This document shows, piece by piece, positions 1-8,977 of a stretch of 56,063 nt of DNA. The notes under the pieces were generated by a model. It saw only the letters and a list, made by a program, of their open reading frames with translations, was not told where the DNA came from and searched no databases. Source of the DNA: a virus (taxonomy: Duplodnaviria; Caudoviricetes). The stretch's first letter is position 1. The number at the start of each line of letters is the position of its first letter. The position numbers and the translations under genes were made by a program. Where the stretch lies: positions 1-56,063 of IMG/VR virus record IMGVR_UViG_3300025875_000029. One strand, 5' to 3'.

Positions 1-1
1 G

Positions 2-2206
2 GGGACCGCCGGTCCGGTCACCGCCGGAGGGATCCCCGAATCCGAGCTGATCGTGGACTTCTCGCAGTTCGGCGGGACGACGATCTTCTACGGGACCGAG
101 ACCCCGGCGAACCCGGCAAGCAACGACCTGTGGCTGAAGCAGCTGTCGGCCGGTCCGCCGGTACAGAACGAGACCCGGCGGTACGACGCGCCGACCCAGA
201 ACTGGGTACTGCTGCAGGACCAGCAGATCACGACCGCCCTGCAGAACGCGGCAGCCGCAGCCACCACCGCGAACCAGGCCGGGGTCGACGCACTGGCCGC
301 CCGGGACACCGCCAACACCAAGACCACGACGTTCAGGCAGACCACCCAGCCGCCCACCACCGGCCGGACGGTCGGCGACGAGTGGTACGACACCGGGAAC
401 GGGAACCGCCTGTCGATCTGGGGCGGCAACAACCAGTGGAACCTGACCCAGTCTGGCGCGGCGGCGATCTCGGCGACCGCCCGGCAGCTCGGCGCGATCA
501 CCACCTACCGTCAGGCGACCGCCCCGACCATCGCTTCCACGATCGACGGCGACTTCTGGATCCGCTCCACCGACAACCGGATCCACCTGAGGGTCGGCGG
601 GGTCTGGACCGAGTCCCGCGACACCGACATCAACACCGCGATTCAGAACGCCGCCACGGCGCAGTCGACGGCCGACGGGAAGATGCGGATCTTTACCCAG
701 ACGAGCGCGCCGACGGGGCTCACGTCGGCCGACGTCGGCGATATGTGGATCAACACCACCGCCGGTTCCGGGAATGTCAGCTCGACCTGGGAGCTGATCT
801 CGGGCACAACCTACGGCTGGGTCGCCCGCAAGATCGGCAACGGGGCGGTTCAGCCGAACTCGTTGGTCGCCCGGGACGTGGTCGCGACCGGCTCAATCTC
901 GGCCGCTCTGCTGGAGTCGGTGATGGTGCTGACGACGGTCCTGTCGGCCGGGCCGATCGCCGGTACCCACACCGAGGTCGGTCCCAACGGGGTGAAGGCG
1001 TACGCCAACGACCCGGTGGACGGGGTCCCGAACGAGATCGGCACCTTCGGCGGCAACCTCGGCATCCGGAACCCGACCACCGGGAAGCTGGTTGCCTCCA
1101 TCGACGAGATGGGCATGGCCAACCTCCAGGGCCTGAACGTCATCGGCGGGATCGTGGTCGGCGGCAAGACCCTGGACGAGCGGGACTGGGACCTGCCCTG
1201 GGGCATCGTCGGCTACGCTGCCCCGGTCGCCCAGGGCTACTGGGGCACCCAGGAGACCAATCTGGAGATGGGTTACCTGGAGCTGGGTTTCATGCCCGTA
1301 CCGGGCCGGTCTTATGAGCTACTGGGCGAGCCGGTCGAGTTCTCCTGCTTCTCCGGCGACACCGTGTACAACCGGGTCCGGTACACCACGAACGGCGCTC
1401 GCCCGATCGTCACCAGCCCGATCTTCCGGGAGTTCGTGGTCGCCCCGGTCCGCTGGGAGTACAACGGTACCCGCCCGATCACCCTGATGTTCGAGGGTCC
1501 GCCAGCCGGGGTCACGGTCACCCAGCCGTGGCGGTTCCTGCTGAGCTACGCCACCGGGGGTGTCCCGACTTCGACCCGCGCCCGACTGGGCACCAACAGC
1601 GCGCGCTACTGGATCAAGGACATCGGCCCCCAGCGCACCTCGATCGGCGTGCCCTCTGCCGGTGGCGGCACCCCGGCTGGCGGGACTGCTCCGCCTGCTC
1701 CTGCGCCCACTCCAGCCCGTATCACGGACACCAAGGAGTGGTACATGGACTGGTCCCGTTCCTGGCGACAGAACGGCAGTTTCCGGACCGATGTCGGGTC
1801 CTCGATGTACCAGGGCTACTACGAGTCGTTCAACGGCATCCAGGCGGGCGCGTTCGGCTGGCCCGACCTGACTGGTATCTTCGCCGGGGCCGACATGGGC
1901 CGGGTGGAGCTGTACCTCAACGCCGAACACGCGTACTACTTCTCGGGCCTGACCGCCCGGATCGGCGCGCACGGCGTCCTGGGCCTGCCCGCCACGGTGC
2001 CGCAGCAGTTCCCGACCTTCGACGCCCACTTCGGCCGTCCCGAGGGCCGCTGGCTGGACATCACCAGCTGGGGCAACGACATCAAGTCCGGGGTCATCCG
2101 GGGTGTGGTCCTGTACGCCAACACGACCGACGCCAACTTTTACGGCCGGTTCTCCGGCGTCGGATCCCAGTGGGCCCCCAAGCTCCGCGTCACCTACACC
2201 AAGTAG
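2..2206 (+). CDS. Tail fibre / minor tail protein, 5'-truncated by the window edge
   Basis: Frame is open from base 2. About four internal repeats of type T-[FY]-x-Q..P...GD-x-W. C-terminal domain ends PKLRVTYTK. Lies immediately upstream of the lysis cassette. Confidence 0.8.
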   Translation, partial: GTAGPVTAGGIPESELIVDFSQFGGTTIFYGTETPANPASNDLWLKQLSAGPPVQNETRRYDAPTQNWVLLQDQQITTALQNAAAAATTANQAGVDALAARDTANTKTTTFRQTTQPPTTGRTVGDEWYDTGNGNRLSIWGGNNQWNLTQSGAAAISATARQLGAITTYRQATAPTIASTIDGDFWIRSTDNRIHLRVGGVWTESRDTDINTAIQNAATAQSTADGKMRIFTQTSAPTGLTSADVGDMWINTTAGSGNVSSTWELISGTTYGWVARKIGNGAVQPNSLVARDVVATGSISAALLESVMVLTTVLSAGPIAGTHTEVGPNGVKAYANDPVDGVPNEIGTFGGNLGIRNPTTGKLVASIDEMGMANLQGLNVIGGIVVGGKTLDERDWDLPWGIVGYAAPVAQGYWGTQETNLEMGYLELGFMPVPGRSYELLGEPVEFSCFSGDTVYNRVRYTTNGARPIVTSPIFREFVVAPVRWEYNGTRPITLMFEGPPAGVTVTQPWRFLLSYATGGVPTSTRARLGTNSARYWIKDIGPQRTSIGVPSAGGGTPAGGTAPPAPAPTPARITDTKEWYMDWSRSWRQNGSFRTDVGSSMYQGYYESFNGIQAGAFGWPDLTGIFAGADMGRVELYLNAEHAYYFSGLTARIGAHGVLGLPATVPQQFPTFDAHFGRPEGRWLDITSWGNDIKSGVIRGVVLYANTTDANFYGRFSGVGSQWAPKLRVTYTK

Positions 2207-2216
2207 ACTGGACCCC

Positions 2217-2603
2217 ATGCCGAACAGCAGCCCTGACCCGATCCCGTACGTCCCGGTCGCTGGGCTACGGGTGCCCGCGACGGTCGTCCCGCGCATTATC
2301 CGGGCCCTGCGTGGGGTATACCCGGAGATCACCACCGGGAAGGACGACGAGGCGGCGGTCCGGGCGGTCCTGCTGTATTGGATCGACTACACCGTGACCT
2401 CCCACGAGGCGACCCTGGCCGAAAGCGAGGTGGCGGTGGAGGCGGCGATCTCGGAGTTGTTCGAGGATCGCCTCCGACGAGTCCAGGAAGCCCGGGATCG
2501 GGCGAAGGCTGCAGTGTCCACGATCCAGCAGGTCCCGACGCCCCCGGCCCCGACGGATCTGTCGCTGGGGGACTTCGCAGGTTACGCACCGGACGTGTTC
2601 TGA
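2217..2603 (+). CDS. Hypothetical protein (128 aa)
   Basis: ATG 2217 follows the tail-fibre stop; GC3-biased codons. Confidence 0.65.
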   Translation: MPNSSPDPIPYVPVAGLRVPATVVPRIIRALRGVYPEITTGKDDEAAVRAVLLYWIDYTVTSHEATLAESEVAVEAAISELFEDRLRRVQEARDRAKAAVSTIQQVPTPPAPTDLSLGDFAGYAPDVF

Positions 2604-2656
2604 CGGCGGGGAGCGTACCCTCGACGCTGGAGCTACATCCAACGAGAGGAACAGAC

Positions 2657-3658
2657 ATGCCCACCTCATATAACGGCTGGTCCGCCGGTGAGGGTTGGTC
2701 CGTCGCCGGTGGTCAGCTGGAGAAGCTGATCGTCGCCGGGGAGCCGTTCGCCCCGGGGGTCCGCGCCGGGGACGTCCACGACGTCCTGGAGTACGTCGCC
2801 AACCAGATCCACCTGCGGGTCCAGCCGGTGACCTTCGGCCACTCGGCCGACGACTGGGGCTACAGCTACCGGGCGAACGTGAACAACCCGAGCCAGCTGT
2901 CGTGCCACGCCTCAGCTACCGCCATCGACTACAACGCCGTGTCTCACCCGAACGGCAAGTCCGGCACCTGGACTCCAGCCCAGAAGGCGGAGATCCTGAA
3001 GATCCTGGCTGAGGTCAACAACGTCGTGGTCTGCCTGTGGGGCTACGACGAGATGCACTTCGAGATCCGGGGCACGGCGGCAGCTGTGGCCACGGCTGCG
3101 ACCCGGGTCCGGGCGGCTGGCGGCTCTGCCTCCGGCGTGCAGGTGTCGGCCAAGTACCCGATCATCGGGCGGATCGCCGACACCTACCGGCGGGTCGGCC
3201 CGGCGGTCCTCGGGGTTCCCCTGGGCCCGGAGGTGCCGACGCTGGACCCGGTCGGCCGGTGGCAGAACTTCGAGTTCGGGCGGATCTACTTCCACCCGTC
3301 GGTCGACGGTGGCAACGCCCATGCGCTGCAGGGCGAGATCGAGCAGTGCTTCAAGCGGCTGGGCTGCGAGCCGGTGGTCGGTTGGCCCACCACCGACGAG
3401 TCCGTCCCGTTCTACGGGAGCACCGGCCGCTACAACCACTTCACCGGCGGGTGGTCGATCTACTGGACCCCCGAGGTCGGCCGGGCCTTCGAGGTCCACG
3501 GCCGGATCCGGGATAAGTGGGCCGAGCTGGGCTGGGAGCGCAGCGCCCTTGGCTACCCGATCTCGGGCGAGGTCGAGCAGGCCGACGGCAAGATCATCCA
3601 GCGGTTCCAGCACGGCGGGGTCGTCTGGGACGGCGTGTCGGCGAAGGTCATCGAATAA
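2657..3658 (+). CDS. Endolysin: M15-type Zn peptidase plus C-terminal LGFP-like cell-wall-binding repeats
   Basis: GAGAGGA RBS; SYNGW N-terminus; SCHASATAID (H-x6-D) and DEMHFE; repeats LGVP/VGWP/LGYP with Q-x-F-E-x-G. Confidence 0.9.
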   Translation: MPTSYNGWSAGEGWSVAGGQLEKLIVAGEPFAPGVRAGDVHDVLEYVANQIHLRVQPVTFGHSADDWGYSYRANVNNPSQLSCHASATAIDYNAVSHPNGKSGTWTPAQKAEILKILAEVNNVVVCLWGYDEMHFEIRGTAAAVATAATRVRAAGGSASGVQVSAKYPIIGRIADTYRRVGPAVLGVPLGPEVPTLDPVGRWQNFEFGRIYFHPSVDGGNAHALQGEIEQCFKRLGCEPVVGWPTTDESVPFYGSTGRYNHFTGGWSIYWTPEVGRAFEVHGRIRDKWAELGWERSALGYPISGEVEQADGKIIQRFQHGGVVWDGVSAKVIE

Positions 3659-3667
3659 CCCGAGGTT

Positions 3668-3728
3668 CAGTTCACGGCCAGTGGGGCAGGTACACTCGAA
3701 GTCGTACACGCTCCACTGGCCGTAACTG
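3668..3728 (+). promoter_or_regulatory. Long imperfect hairpin between endolysin and holin
   Basis: CAGTT-CACGGCCAGTGG...CCACTGGCCGT-AACTG inverted repeat. Confidence 0.55.
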
Positions 3729-3739
3729 GGGGTTCTCTG

Positions 3740-3946
3740 ATGGGCAAGCACAGGGTGGTGAACCAGCCGTCACCGTGGCCGGTCGCCAAGGTAGCGGCGT
3801 CCGGTCTGGGCGGGTCGGCCGCGACCGTCCTGGTGTGGGCTGCCACCGAGGTCGGGGTCGACATGCCCGTCCCGGTCGCCGGTGCCATCGTGACCCTGGT
3901 CGCCTTCGTCGCCGGGTACTTCAAGCGCGCAGCCGCGAGTGAGTAG
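3740..3946 (+). CDS. Holin (2 TM)
   Basis: 68 aa with two hydrophobic segments, directly after the endolysin. Confidence 0.75.
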   Translation: MGKHRVVNQPSPWPVAKVAASGLGGSAATVLVWAATEVGVDMPVPVAGAIVTLVAFVAGYFKRAAASE

Positions 3947-4316
3947 GTTCCTGGCCGACGGGTCGATCGCGATACCGGGGGTGGACCTGGTAGCTCTAGC
4001 AACGATCAGCGTACCGGGGATCCTAACCCTGGCGGTCCTGGCGGTCCTGTTCGGCTGGATCTTCCCCCGCACCACGGTGACCCGGCTCTGGAAGGAGCTG
4101 GACGCCAAGGAGGCGGACAACAAGGAGCTGCGGACCACCCTGGAGAAGCAGGCGGACCTGCTGGAGAAGCTGGTCAACCAGGGCGGCGACGTGAAGGTAG
4201 CCCTGCAGGCCACCCTGTACGCTATGCAGGAGATCCAGGTGGCGGGCCGTCATGCGGCGGGTATGGAGCCCCTCCCCCGGAGCGCGATGCAGCTGCAGAC
4301 GGACAGGGAGACGTGA
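3939..4316 (+). CDS. Membrane protein with coiled coil (lysis cassette)
   Basis: N-terminal TM ending GWIFPR, then a heptad-rich helix. Confidence 0.7.
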   Translation: MSRFLADGSIAIPGVDLVALATISVPGILTLAVLAVLFGWIFPRTTVTRLWKELDAKEADNKELRTTLEKQADLLEKLVNQGGDVKVALQATLYAMQEIQVAGRHAAGMEPLPRSAMQLQTDRET

Positions 4317-4534
4317 CGATGGCTATCTGGCCGTTCAACAAGGAGCGGCCGATCGAGACCAAGCCGGACCCCGCGACCCGGAACCTGTCGAGCCGGACCG
4401 AGCGCCTGGCGGCGGAGTTGGACGCCCTGGGACTGGAGACCCGAGCGGTCGCCCGGGAGGCCCAGCACATCCGCGAGAACAACCACTTCGGGGCGGCCCT
4501 GGTCGCTTCGATGGCGAGAAGGAGCCCATCGTGA
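4313..4534 (+). CDS. Small lysis-cassette protein
   Basis: GTGA overlaps at both ends; ENNHF motif. Confidence 0.6.
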   Translation: MTMAIWPFNKERPIETKPDPATRNLSSRTERLAAELDALGLETRAVAREAQHIRENNHFGAALVASMARRSPS

Positions 4535-4842
4535 CGCTCGACGTCATCCTGTACGGCCTGGTCGCGGTGACCCTGGCTTACCTGATCTACCGGTACGCCC
4601 GGTACTCGGCCTGGTGGCAGACCGACGCTGGGCGGGCCTTCATGTCGATGAAGATCTGCCTGTTCGTCCTGACGATCTACGGGCTGTGCTCGGTGGCGAT
4701 CGAGGCGGACGGCTGGCGCGAGGTTGCCCGGCCGATCGTGGTGGGCTTGATCTGGCTGGCGCTGGTGTACCAGGTCACGGTGGTGATCGGACGGCAGGGC
4801 GGCTGGAGTCGCCGCCGGTCGCTGAAGGACGGGCGCGACTAG
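4531..4842 (+). CDS. Holin-like 3-TM membrane protein
   Basis: AAGGAG RBS, GTG 4531; three hydrophobic helices and a WWQTDAGRAFM motif. Confidence 0.7.
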   Translation: MTLDVILYGLVAVTLAYLIYRYARYSAWWQTDAGRAFMSMKICLFVLTIYGLCSVAIEADGWREVARPIVVGLIWLALVYQVTVVIGRQGGWSRRRSLKDGRD

Positions 4843-4847
4843 CCCGG

Positions 4848-4878
4848 TTTGCGTATACCGCAAACGCCGTGGTTTAAT
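4848..4878 (+). promoter_or_regulatory. Early-type promoter/operator, TTGC-N7-GCAA...TGG-TTTAAT
   Basis: TTTGCGTATACCGCAAA palindrome; same layout recurs at 6223, 6797, 36979, 37957, 38420 and 40476. Confidence 0.8.
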
Positions 4879-4927
4879 TGTCCTACGGCCGGAACTGAGC
4901 CCCCGGCCCACAGACAAGGAGCACACC

Positions 4928-5791
4928 GTGGCACTCGACACCTTCCAGATCAACCTCCTCCGCGAGGGCAAGGCGTACCGGGACGAGATCGGGGAGTCCG
5001 ACCCGATCCTGGACGCGATGCTGGAGCGGGCCCTGGCCTAGACCCACACCGCGACCGCCGTCCCCGAGGCCGACGCCCCGGCCCGCACCCCCGGCACCAG
5101 CTCGGGCAGCAGCAACTACCGCCGCACCGAGGAGCCCGCCACCGACAAGCAGCTCGGCTACCTCGCCAGCCTGGTCGGCAAGCTGAACTGGACCCTCGGC
5201 CAGGACATCCCTAACCCGACCAGCAAGAAGCGCGCCAGCGAGCTGATCGACCGCTGCAGGATCGCCATCCAGCGCGGCGAGATGAAGCCGACCTTCGCCG
5301 ACCGGGACCGCCCCCAGCTCGCCCAGGTCACCCGGAAGCCCACGGAGCGCCAGCTGGAGGTCCTCACCGACCTCTGGGGCCAGCGGGTCCACGAGCTGGG
5401 CGAGGACGTCCCGGACGACATGACCTTCGACGACGCCTCCGGCTTCATCGACCACCTGCTGAACTACTGCCCGCGTAAGCCCCGGGGCGAGGCCCAGGCC
5501 GCCCACGGGATCCGCGCCGGGCACTACGCCTGGGCCGACGCCGAGGGCACCGTCCACTTCTACGAGGTGGCCCGGAACGGCCGGATCTACGTCCAGGCGG
5601 GCCCGGCCCGGCACCCGTACAACGGGAAGCTCAACGAGGCGCTGGAGGCCATCAAGGCGGACCCGAAGTCGGCCGCCGCGCTCTACGGGACGAAGATCGG
5701 GCGCTGCGGCCGGTGCCACCTGGAGCTGACCGACGAGGACAGCCGGGCGCGGGGCCTCGGCCCGAAGTGCGCCAGCAAGTCCGACTGGTGA
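4928..5791 (+). pseudogene. DUF6011-like Zn-finger protein interrupted by an in-frame TAG at 5039-5041
   Basis: AAGGAG RBS and GTG 4928, in frame with ORF 5282..5791. Coding-like sequence continues across the TAG. C-terminal CGRC...SRARGLGPKC. Confidence 0.65.
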
Positions 5792-6057
5792 GGGGATTCC
5801 CGAGGGAGGCCAGCCACGAGGCTGGCCTCCCGCTCTCCCCGATGGAGGCCCGCGCGGTCTACCGCTCGCTGAAGCTCAAGACCGACTGCAAGGCCCCGGG
5901 GTGCACCCGGGGAGAGGTCGGGGTGGCCCGCGAGTGGAACCACGGCCAGGGCCAGGCCCCCAGATTCCGGGTCGCCCGGCACCAGGTCGTCAAGGGCGGC
6001 GCGTGGTGCACCAACTCCCGGATCGAGGTCCCCCGAGACGCAGTTCGGGGGCTGTGA
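5788..6057 (+). CDS. Hypothetical Cys/His-containing protein
   Basis: GTGA overlap with the previous stop. Confidence 0.55.
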   Translation: MRGFPREASHEAGLPLSPMEARAVYRSLKLKTDCKAPGCTRGEVGVAREWNHGQGQAPRFRVARHQVVKGGAWCTNSRIEVPRDAVRGL

Positions 6058-6093
6058 CGGCAGGACCGGTCCCGCCCATGCTATCCTCGTGGT

Positions 6094-6218
6094 CTGGGTG
6101 GGTCGGCTCCTGCTCCAGAAGGCGGCCCGTCACGGGTCGAAGGTAGGGACAGTCGGGTTGCTCCCCCGATCTCTCCCGAGGACCTCCCCGTGGCGGGCCG
6201 CCCCATGCGCCCGACACC
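6094..6218 (+). ncRNA. Candidate rod-shaped small RNA with UGCUCC loops
   Basis: Extended -10 TGCTATCCT at 6079-6087. Nested helices GTCGG/CCGAC, GGCGGCCC/GGGCCGCC, GTCACGGG/CCCGTGGC, AGGT/ACCT, GGGA/TCCC, GTCGGG/CCCGAT. G-U wobbles favour the + strand. Confidence 0.6.
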
Positions 6219-6222
6219 TCGA

Positions 6223-6253
6223 TTTGCGCGCGACGCAAACCGCATGGTTAAAT
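6223..6253 (+). promoter_or_regulatory. Early-type promoter/operator driving a leaderless mRNA
   Basis: TTTGCGCGCGACGCAAA...TGG-TTAAAT, then 6 nt to ATG 6260. Confidence 0.8.
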
Positions 6254-6259
6254 TTCCGT

Positions 6260-6751
6260 ATGGCCACCGCAGAGATCCCCGCCCCCGGCACCGTCACCTG
6301 CGACAACTGCGGCGAGGTGCACCCCGCCGAGTACAGCCACGACGGGGACCACGGGCAGGGCCCGATCTTCGTCGTCTACTGCACCAAGGACGACCTCGCC
6401 GACTACTACCAGGAGTCCCGGGTCATCCGCCCGGAGCCCGCCCCGGTAGCGCCGGTCGAGGGTCAGACGGAGCTGCTGCTCCTCCCGGACACCACCCCCA
6501 CCGACGACCGGAAGGCGGAGATCGCGGCGATCGTCAACGAGGAGTACACCGCCCAGTACGCCGAGGTCGACCGCCACCGGCGGACCGGCTACGGCCAGTG
6601 CGCCTGCGGCTGGGAGCCCAAGCGCCCCAACGGAGCCCACGCCAACGTCGCCACCGGGGTCCACGTGAAGATGGCCCGCACGAAGGCCGAGAAGACCTGC
6701 CAGGCCAACATCGACCAGCGAATGGCCGACACCCGCCGCCCCATCAACTGA
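6260..6751 (+). CDS. Hypothetical Zn-binding protein (leaderless)
   Basis: CDNC and CACGW motifs; no SD; ATG at the predicted +1. Confidence 0.75.
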   Translation: MATAEIPAPGTVTCDNCGEVHPAEYSHDGDHGQGPIFVVYCTKDDLADYYQESRVIRPEPAPVAPVEGQTELLLLPDTTPTDDRKAEIAAIVNEEYTAQYAEVDRHRRTGYGQCACGWEPKRPNGAHANVATGVHVKMARTKAEKTCQANIDQRMADTRRPIN

Positions 6752-6796
6752 AGGAACCGACACCAGGCTCCCGCCAGCGACACCGGCGGGGGCCGA

Positions 6797-6827
6797 TTTG
6801 CGTTCCAAGCAAAACCCGTGGTTTAAT
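6797..6827 (+). promoter_or_regulatory. Early-type promoter/operator driving a leaderless mRNA
   Basis: TTTGCGTTCCAAGCAAA...TGG-TTTAAT, then 6 nt to ATG 6834. Confidence 0.8.
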
Positions 6828-6833
6828 TTACGC

Positions 6834-7037
6834 ATGGCCACCACCGAGCACGCCGCCCATTGCATCGACCTCGCCAAGTACAGCGTCCAGGACGAGCTGG
6901 ACGCCCAGGGCATCGAGACGGCCCTCGACATCACCGACCCCGAGGCCGTCCTGACCATCCCGGCCTGGAACATGACGATGGACGAGGTCGTCGCCCAGTG
7001 GCTCGCCGACGGCAACATCACCTGCAACTGCCACTGA
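6834..7037 (+). CDS. Small acidic hypothetical protein (leaderless)
   Basis: ATG at the predicted +1; ends CNCH. Confidence 0.7.
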   Translation: MATTEHAAHCIDLAKYSVQDELDAQGIETALDITDPEAVLTIPAWNMTMDEVVAQWLADGNITCNCH

Positions 7038-7048
7038 CCGACCGGCCC

Positions 7049-7084
7049 CGAGGCCCCGGCTCCCCACGAGGGACCGGGGCCTCG
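7049..7084. terminator. Bidirectional terminator-like hairpin between convergent genes
   Basis: CGAGGCCCCGG...CCGGGGCCTCG. Confidence 0.6.
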
Positions 7085-7089
7085 CCATG

Positions 7090-8553
7090 TCAGGCCAGGG
7101 CCCGCCACTGGGCCGTAGTCAGCACCCGGATCTGCTCGTCGGTCTTGGTGGCCAGTAGCTCCCGGACCCGCTCGTCCACCGTGTCCGGCGTGACGTAGTC
7201 CCGGACCGTGACCGGCCGCTCCTGGCCGATCCGGTGGATCCGGCGCATCGCCTGCTGGTTGGTGCTCGGCCGGTACGACTTCTCCACGAAGATGCACATG
7301 TCGGCCGCCGTCAACGTCAGGCCCTCCGCCACCACGGGCAGGCTGCCGACGATCACGTCCAGCGAGCCCGCCTGGAACGCCTCCACGGCCTTCCGGCGCG
7401 CGGGGCGGCTGGTGGTGCCGTCGATGATCGCCGTGGACGCCCCGAGGCTCCGAGATACCTTCGCGCACGCCTGGAGTGTGTCCTTGAAGTGGCCCAGGAC
7501 CAGGGTCGGCCGGGCGCGGTACTCCAGGTCCGCCGCCAGCTGGTCCAGCTTCCCGCTGCCCCGGTCGCCGGACAGCACCGGGAGCCCGGTGCAGCACTTC
7601 GCGAGCTTGACATTGAGCGCGGCGTCGCCCCAGGCGACGATTTCATGGCCCTCCTCGGTCCAGGCGACGAAGTCTCGCTTCAGCGCCCGGTAGACCTTCG
7701 CCTGGGGGCCGGTCATCGGGGTCAGCACGGTCTGCTCGGTCAATGGCGGCAGGTCGGTCAGGACGTCGTCGCGGAACCGCTGCAGGAACCTGTCCCCCAG
7801 GTTCGCTGCGGCAAAGGCCCGGTAGTGCTCGCACGGGTCAACGGAGCGGCGGCGGGAGCACTCGTCGGTACACCCCAGCATCGATCCGACACTGGGGTTC
7901 CCGCCGGAGAACCGGGTGGGGGAGGTGTCGAACCACTGCTCGGCCCAGCGCCAGTACGACCCCAGCTCGCCTCCCCGCTGGGCCCGCTCGGGGTACATCA
8001 GCTGCAGGCCGACGAACAGTTCGTGCGCCCAGTTCGGCATCGGGGTCCCCGACGCCTGGTGGACCTGCCCGGCGCGGGCCGCCAGCTGCCGCGCGGTCGA
8101 GGTCCAGACGGTCTTGCGACCCTTCAGGTAGTGCGCCTCGTCGAAGATCACCGTCCCCCAGTCCCGGTCCAGCTCGGGCGGGAGCTTGTCGGACATGACC
8201 AGGATCTGCTGACCGGTCTTGGTCAGAACCGGGACGGGCTCCTTGCCCTTCTCCTTGGTCACCTTCGGGACCCGCTGGTTCAGCCGGGAGTAGGCGGTGA
8301 CGGTGACGTCCAGGTCCGGTGCCCACTTCCCGATCTCGGTAGCCCAGGTCCCGGAGTCGATGACCATCGCCGGGGCGACGACAAGGGTCGGGCCTTGCGC
8401 CGCCTCCAGCAACTGCCGAGACTTGCCCAGGCCGGGCTCATCCGCCAGGAACGCATGCGGGTGCTCCTTCAGAAACTGGACGCCGTCGGCCTGGAACGGG
8501 CGCAGCGGTGACCGGCCCGAGCTTCCCCCGGGCCGGGGTCGGATCCTCGGCAT
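7090..8553 (-). CDS. SNF2-like SF2 DNA helicase
   Basis: LRPFQ Q-motif, ADEPGLGKS Walker A, IFDEAH, SGTP, EGLTLT, QAMRRIHRIGQ. Confidence 0.92.
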   Translation of the reverse strand: MPRIRPRPGGSSGRSPLRPFQADGVQFLKEHPHAFLADEPGLGKSRQLLEAAQGPTLVVAPAMVIDSGTWATEIGKWAPDLDVTVTAYSRLNQRVPKVTKEKGKEPVPVLTKTGQQILVMSDKLPPELDRDWGTVIFDEAHYLKGRKTVWTSTARQLAARAGQVHQASGTPMPNWAHELFVGLQLMYPERAQRGGELGSYWRWAEQWFDTSPTRFSGGNPSVGSMLGCTDECSRRRSVDPCEHYRAFAAANLGDRFLQRFRDDVLTDLPPLTEQTVLTPMTGPQAKVYRALKRDFVAWTEEGHEIVAWGDAALNVKLAKCCTGLPVLSGDRGSGKLDQLAADLEYRARPTLVLGHFKDTLQACAKVSRSLGASTAIIDGTTSRPARRKAVEAFQAGSLDVIVGSLPVVAEGLTLTAADMCIFVEKSYRPSTNQQAMRRIHRIGQERPVTVRDYVTPDTVDERVRELLATKTDEQIRVLTTAQWRALA

Positions 8554-8555
8554 CC

Positions 8556-8837
8556 CTACTTGCGACCAGACCCGGCGAGTCGCCGGGTCTTCCAGTCGGC
8601 CAGTCGACGTTCCAGTTCGGCGGCGTAGCTGCCATCGTCCCGGCGCTTCAGCTGGTCGTGCAGGTTCCAGCCGAACTCCGCCTCGATCCGGAGCATGACG
8701 GTGGTGGAGGTGCCTCGTTCGCCGGAGCGCAGTCGAGAGACCGAGGAGTGGGATAGGCCGATGGCCTCGCCCAGTTCCTGGTTGGTCACCCGTGGCGGGG
8801 AGGAGGCGGCGGTCTCGGGGGTCGGAGGTGCGGTCAT
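8556..8837 (-). CDS. XRE-family HTH DNA-binding protein (leaderless)
   Basis: TNQELGEAIGLSHSSVSRLRSGER; extended -10 TGCTACCCT lies 6 nt before the ATG on the minus strand. Confidence 0.85.
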   Translation of the reverse strand: MTAPPTPETAASSPPRVTNQELGEAIGLSHSSVSRLRSGERGTSTTVMLRIEAEFGWNLHDQLKRRDDGSYAAELERRLADWKTRRLAGSGRK

Positions 8838-8843
8838 GACAAC

Positions 8844-8933
8844 AGGGTAGCACGGCTGCTTGCGCTGAGAGCAGACTGCCGGAAACGCCGCGTGCGGCCC
8901 CGGCTTGCGTTGGTGACACGGAACTGGTTTACT
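8844..8933. promoter_or_regulatory. Divergent promoter region with degenerate operators
   Basis: Minus-strand -10 at 8844-8849; TTGC-N7-GCAG at 8860-8874; plus-strand TTGCGT (8905)...TGG-TTTACT (8928-8933). Confidence 0.65.
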
Positions 8934-8977
8934 TGTCCGGCACGCACTTCCCGCCCTCTCCCGCCCCAGGAGCCGAA

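Noticed and set aside
5039-5041. Genome-wide TAG reassignment
   Set aside because: TAG ends many clear genes (2206, 4842, 12560, 36977, 52703) and no suppressor tRNA is seen.
6089-6259. N-terminal extension of the 6260 gene as called by the ORF track
   Set aside because: A promoter lies inside it, ATG 6260 fits leaderless initiation, and the region folds as RNA.
8556-8837. Immunity repressor implying lysogeny
   Set aside because: No integrase or parAB in the window; the unseen part appears to be tail genes.
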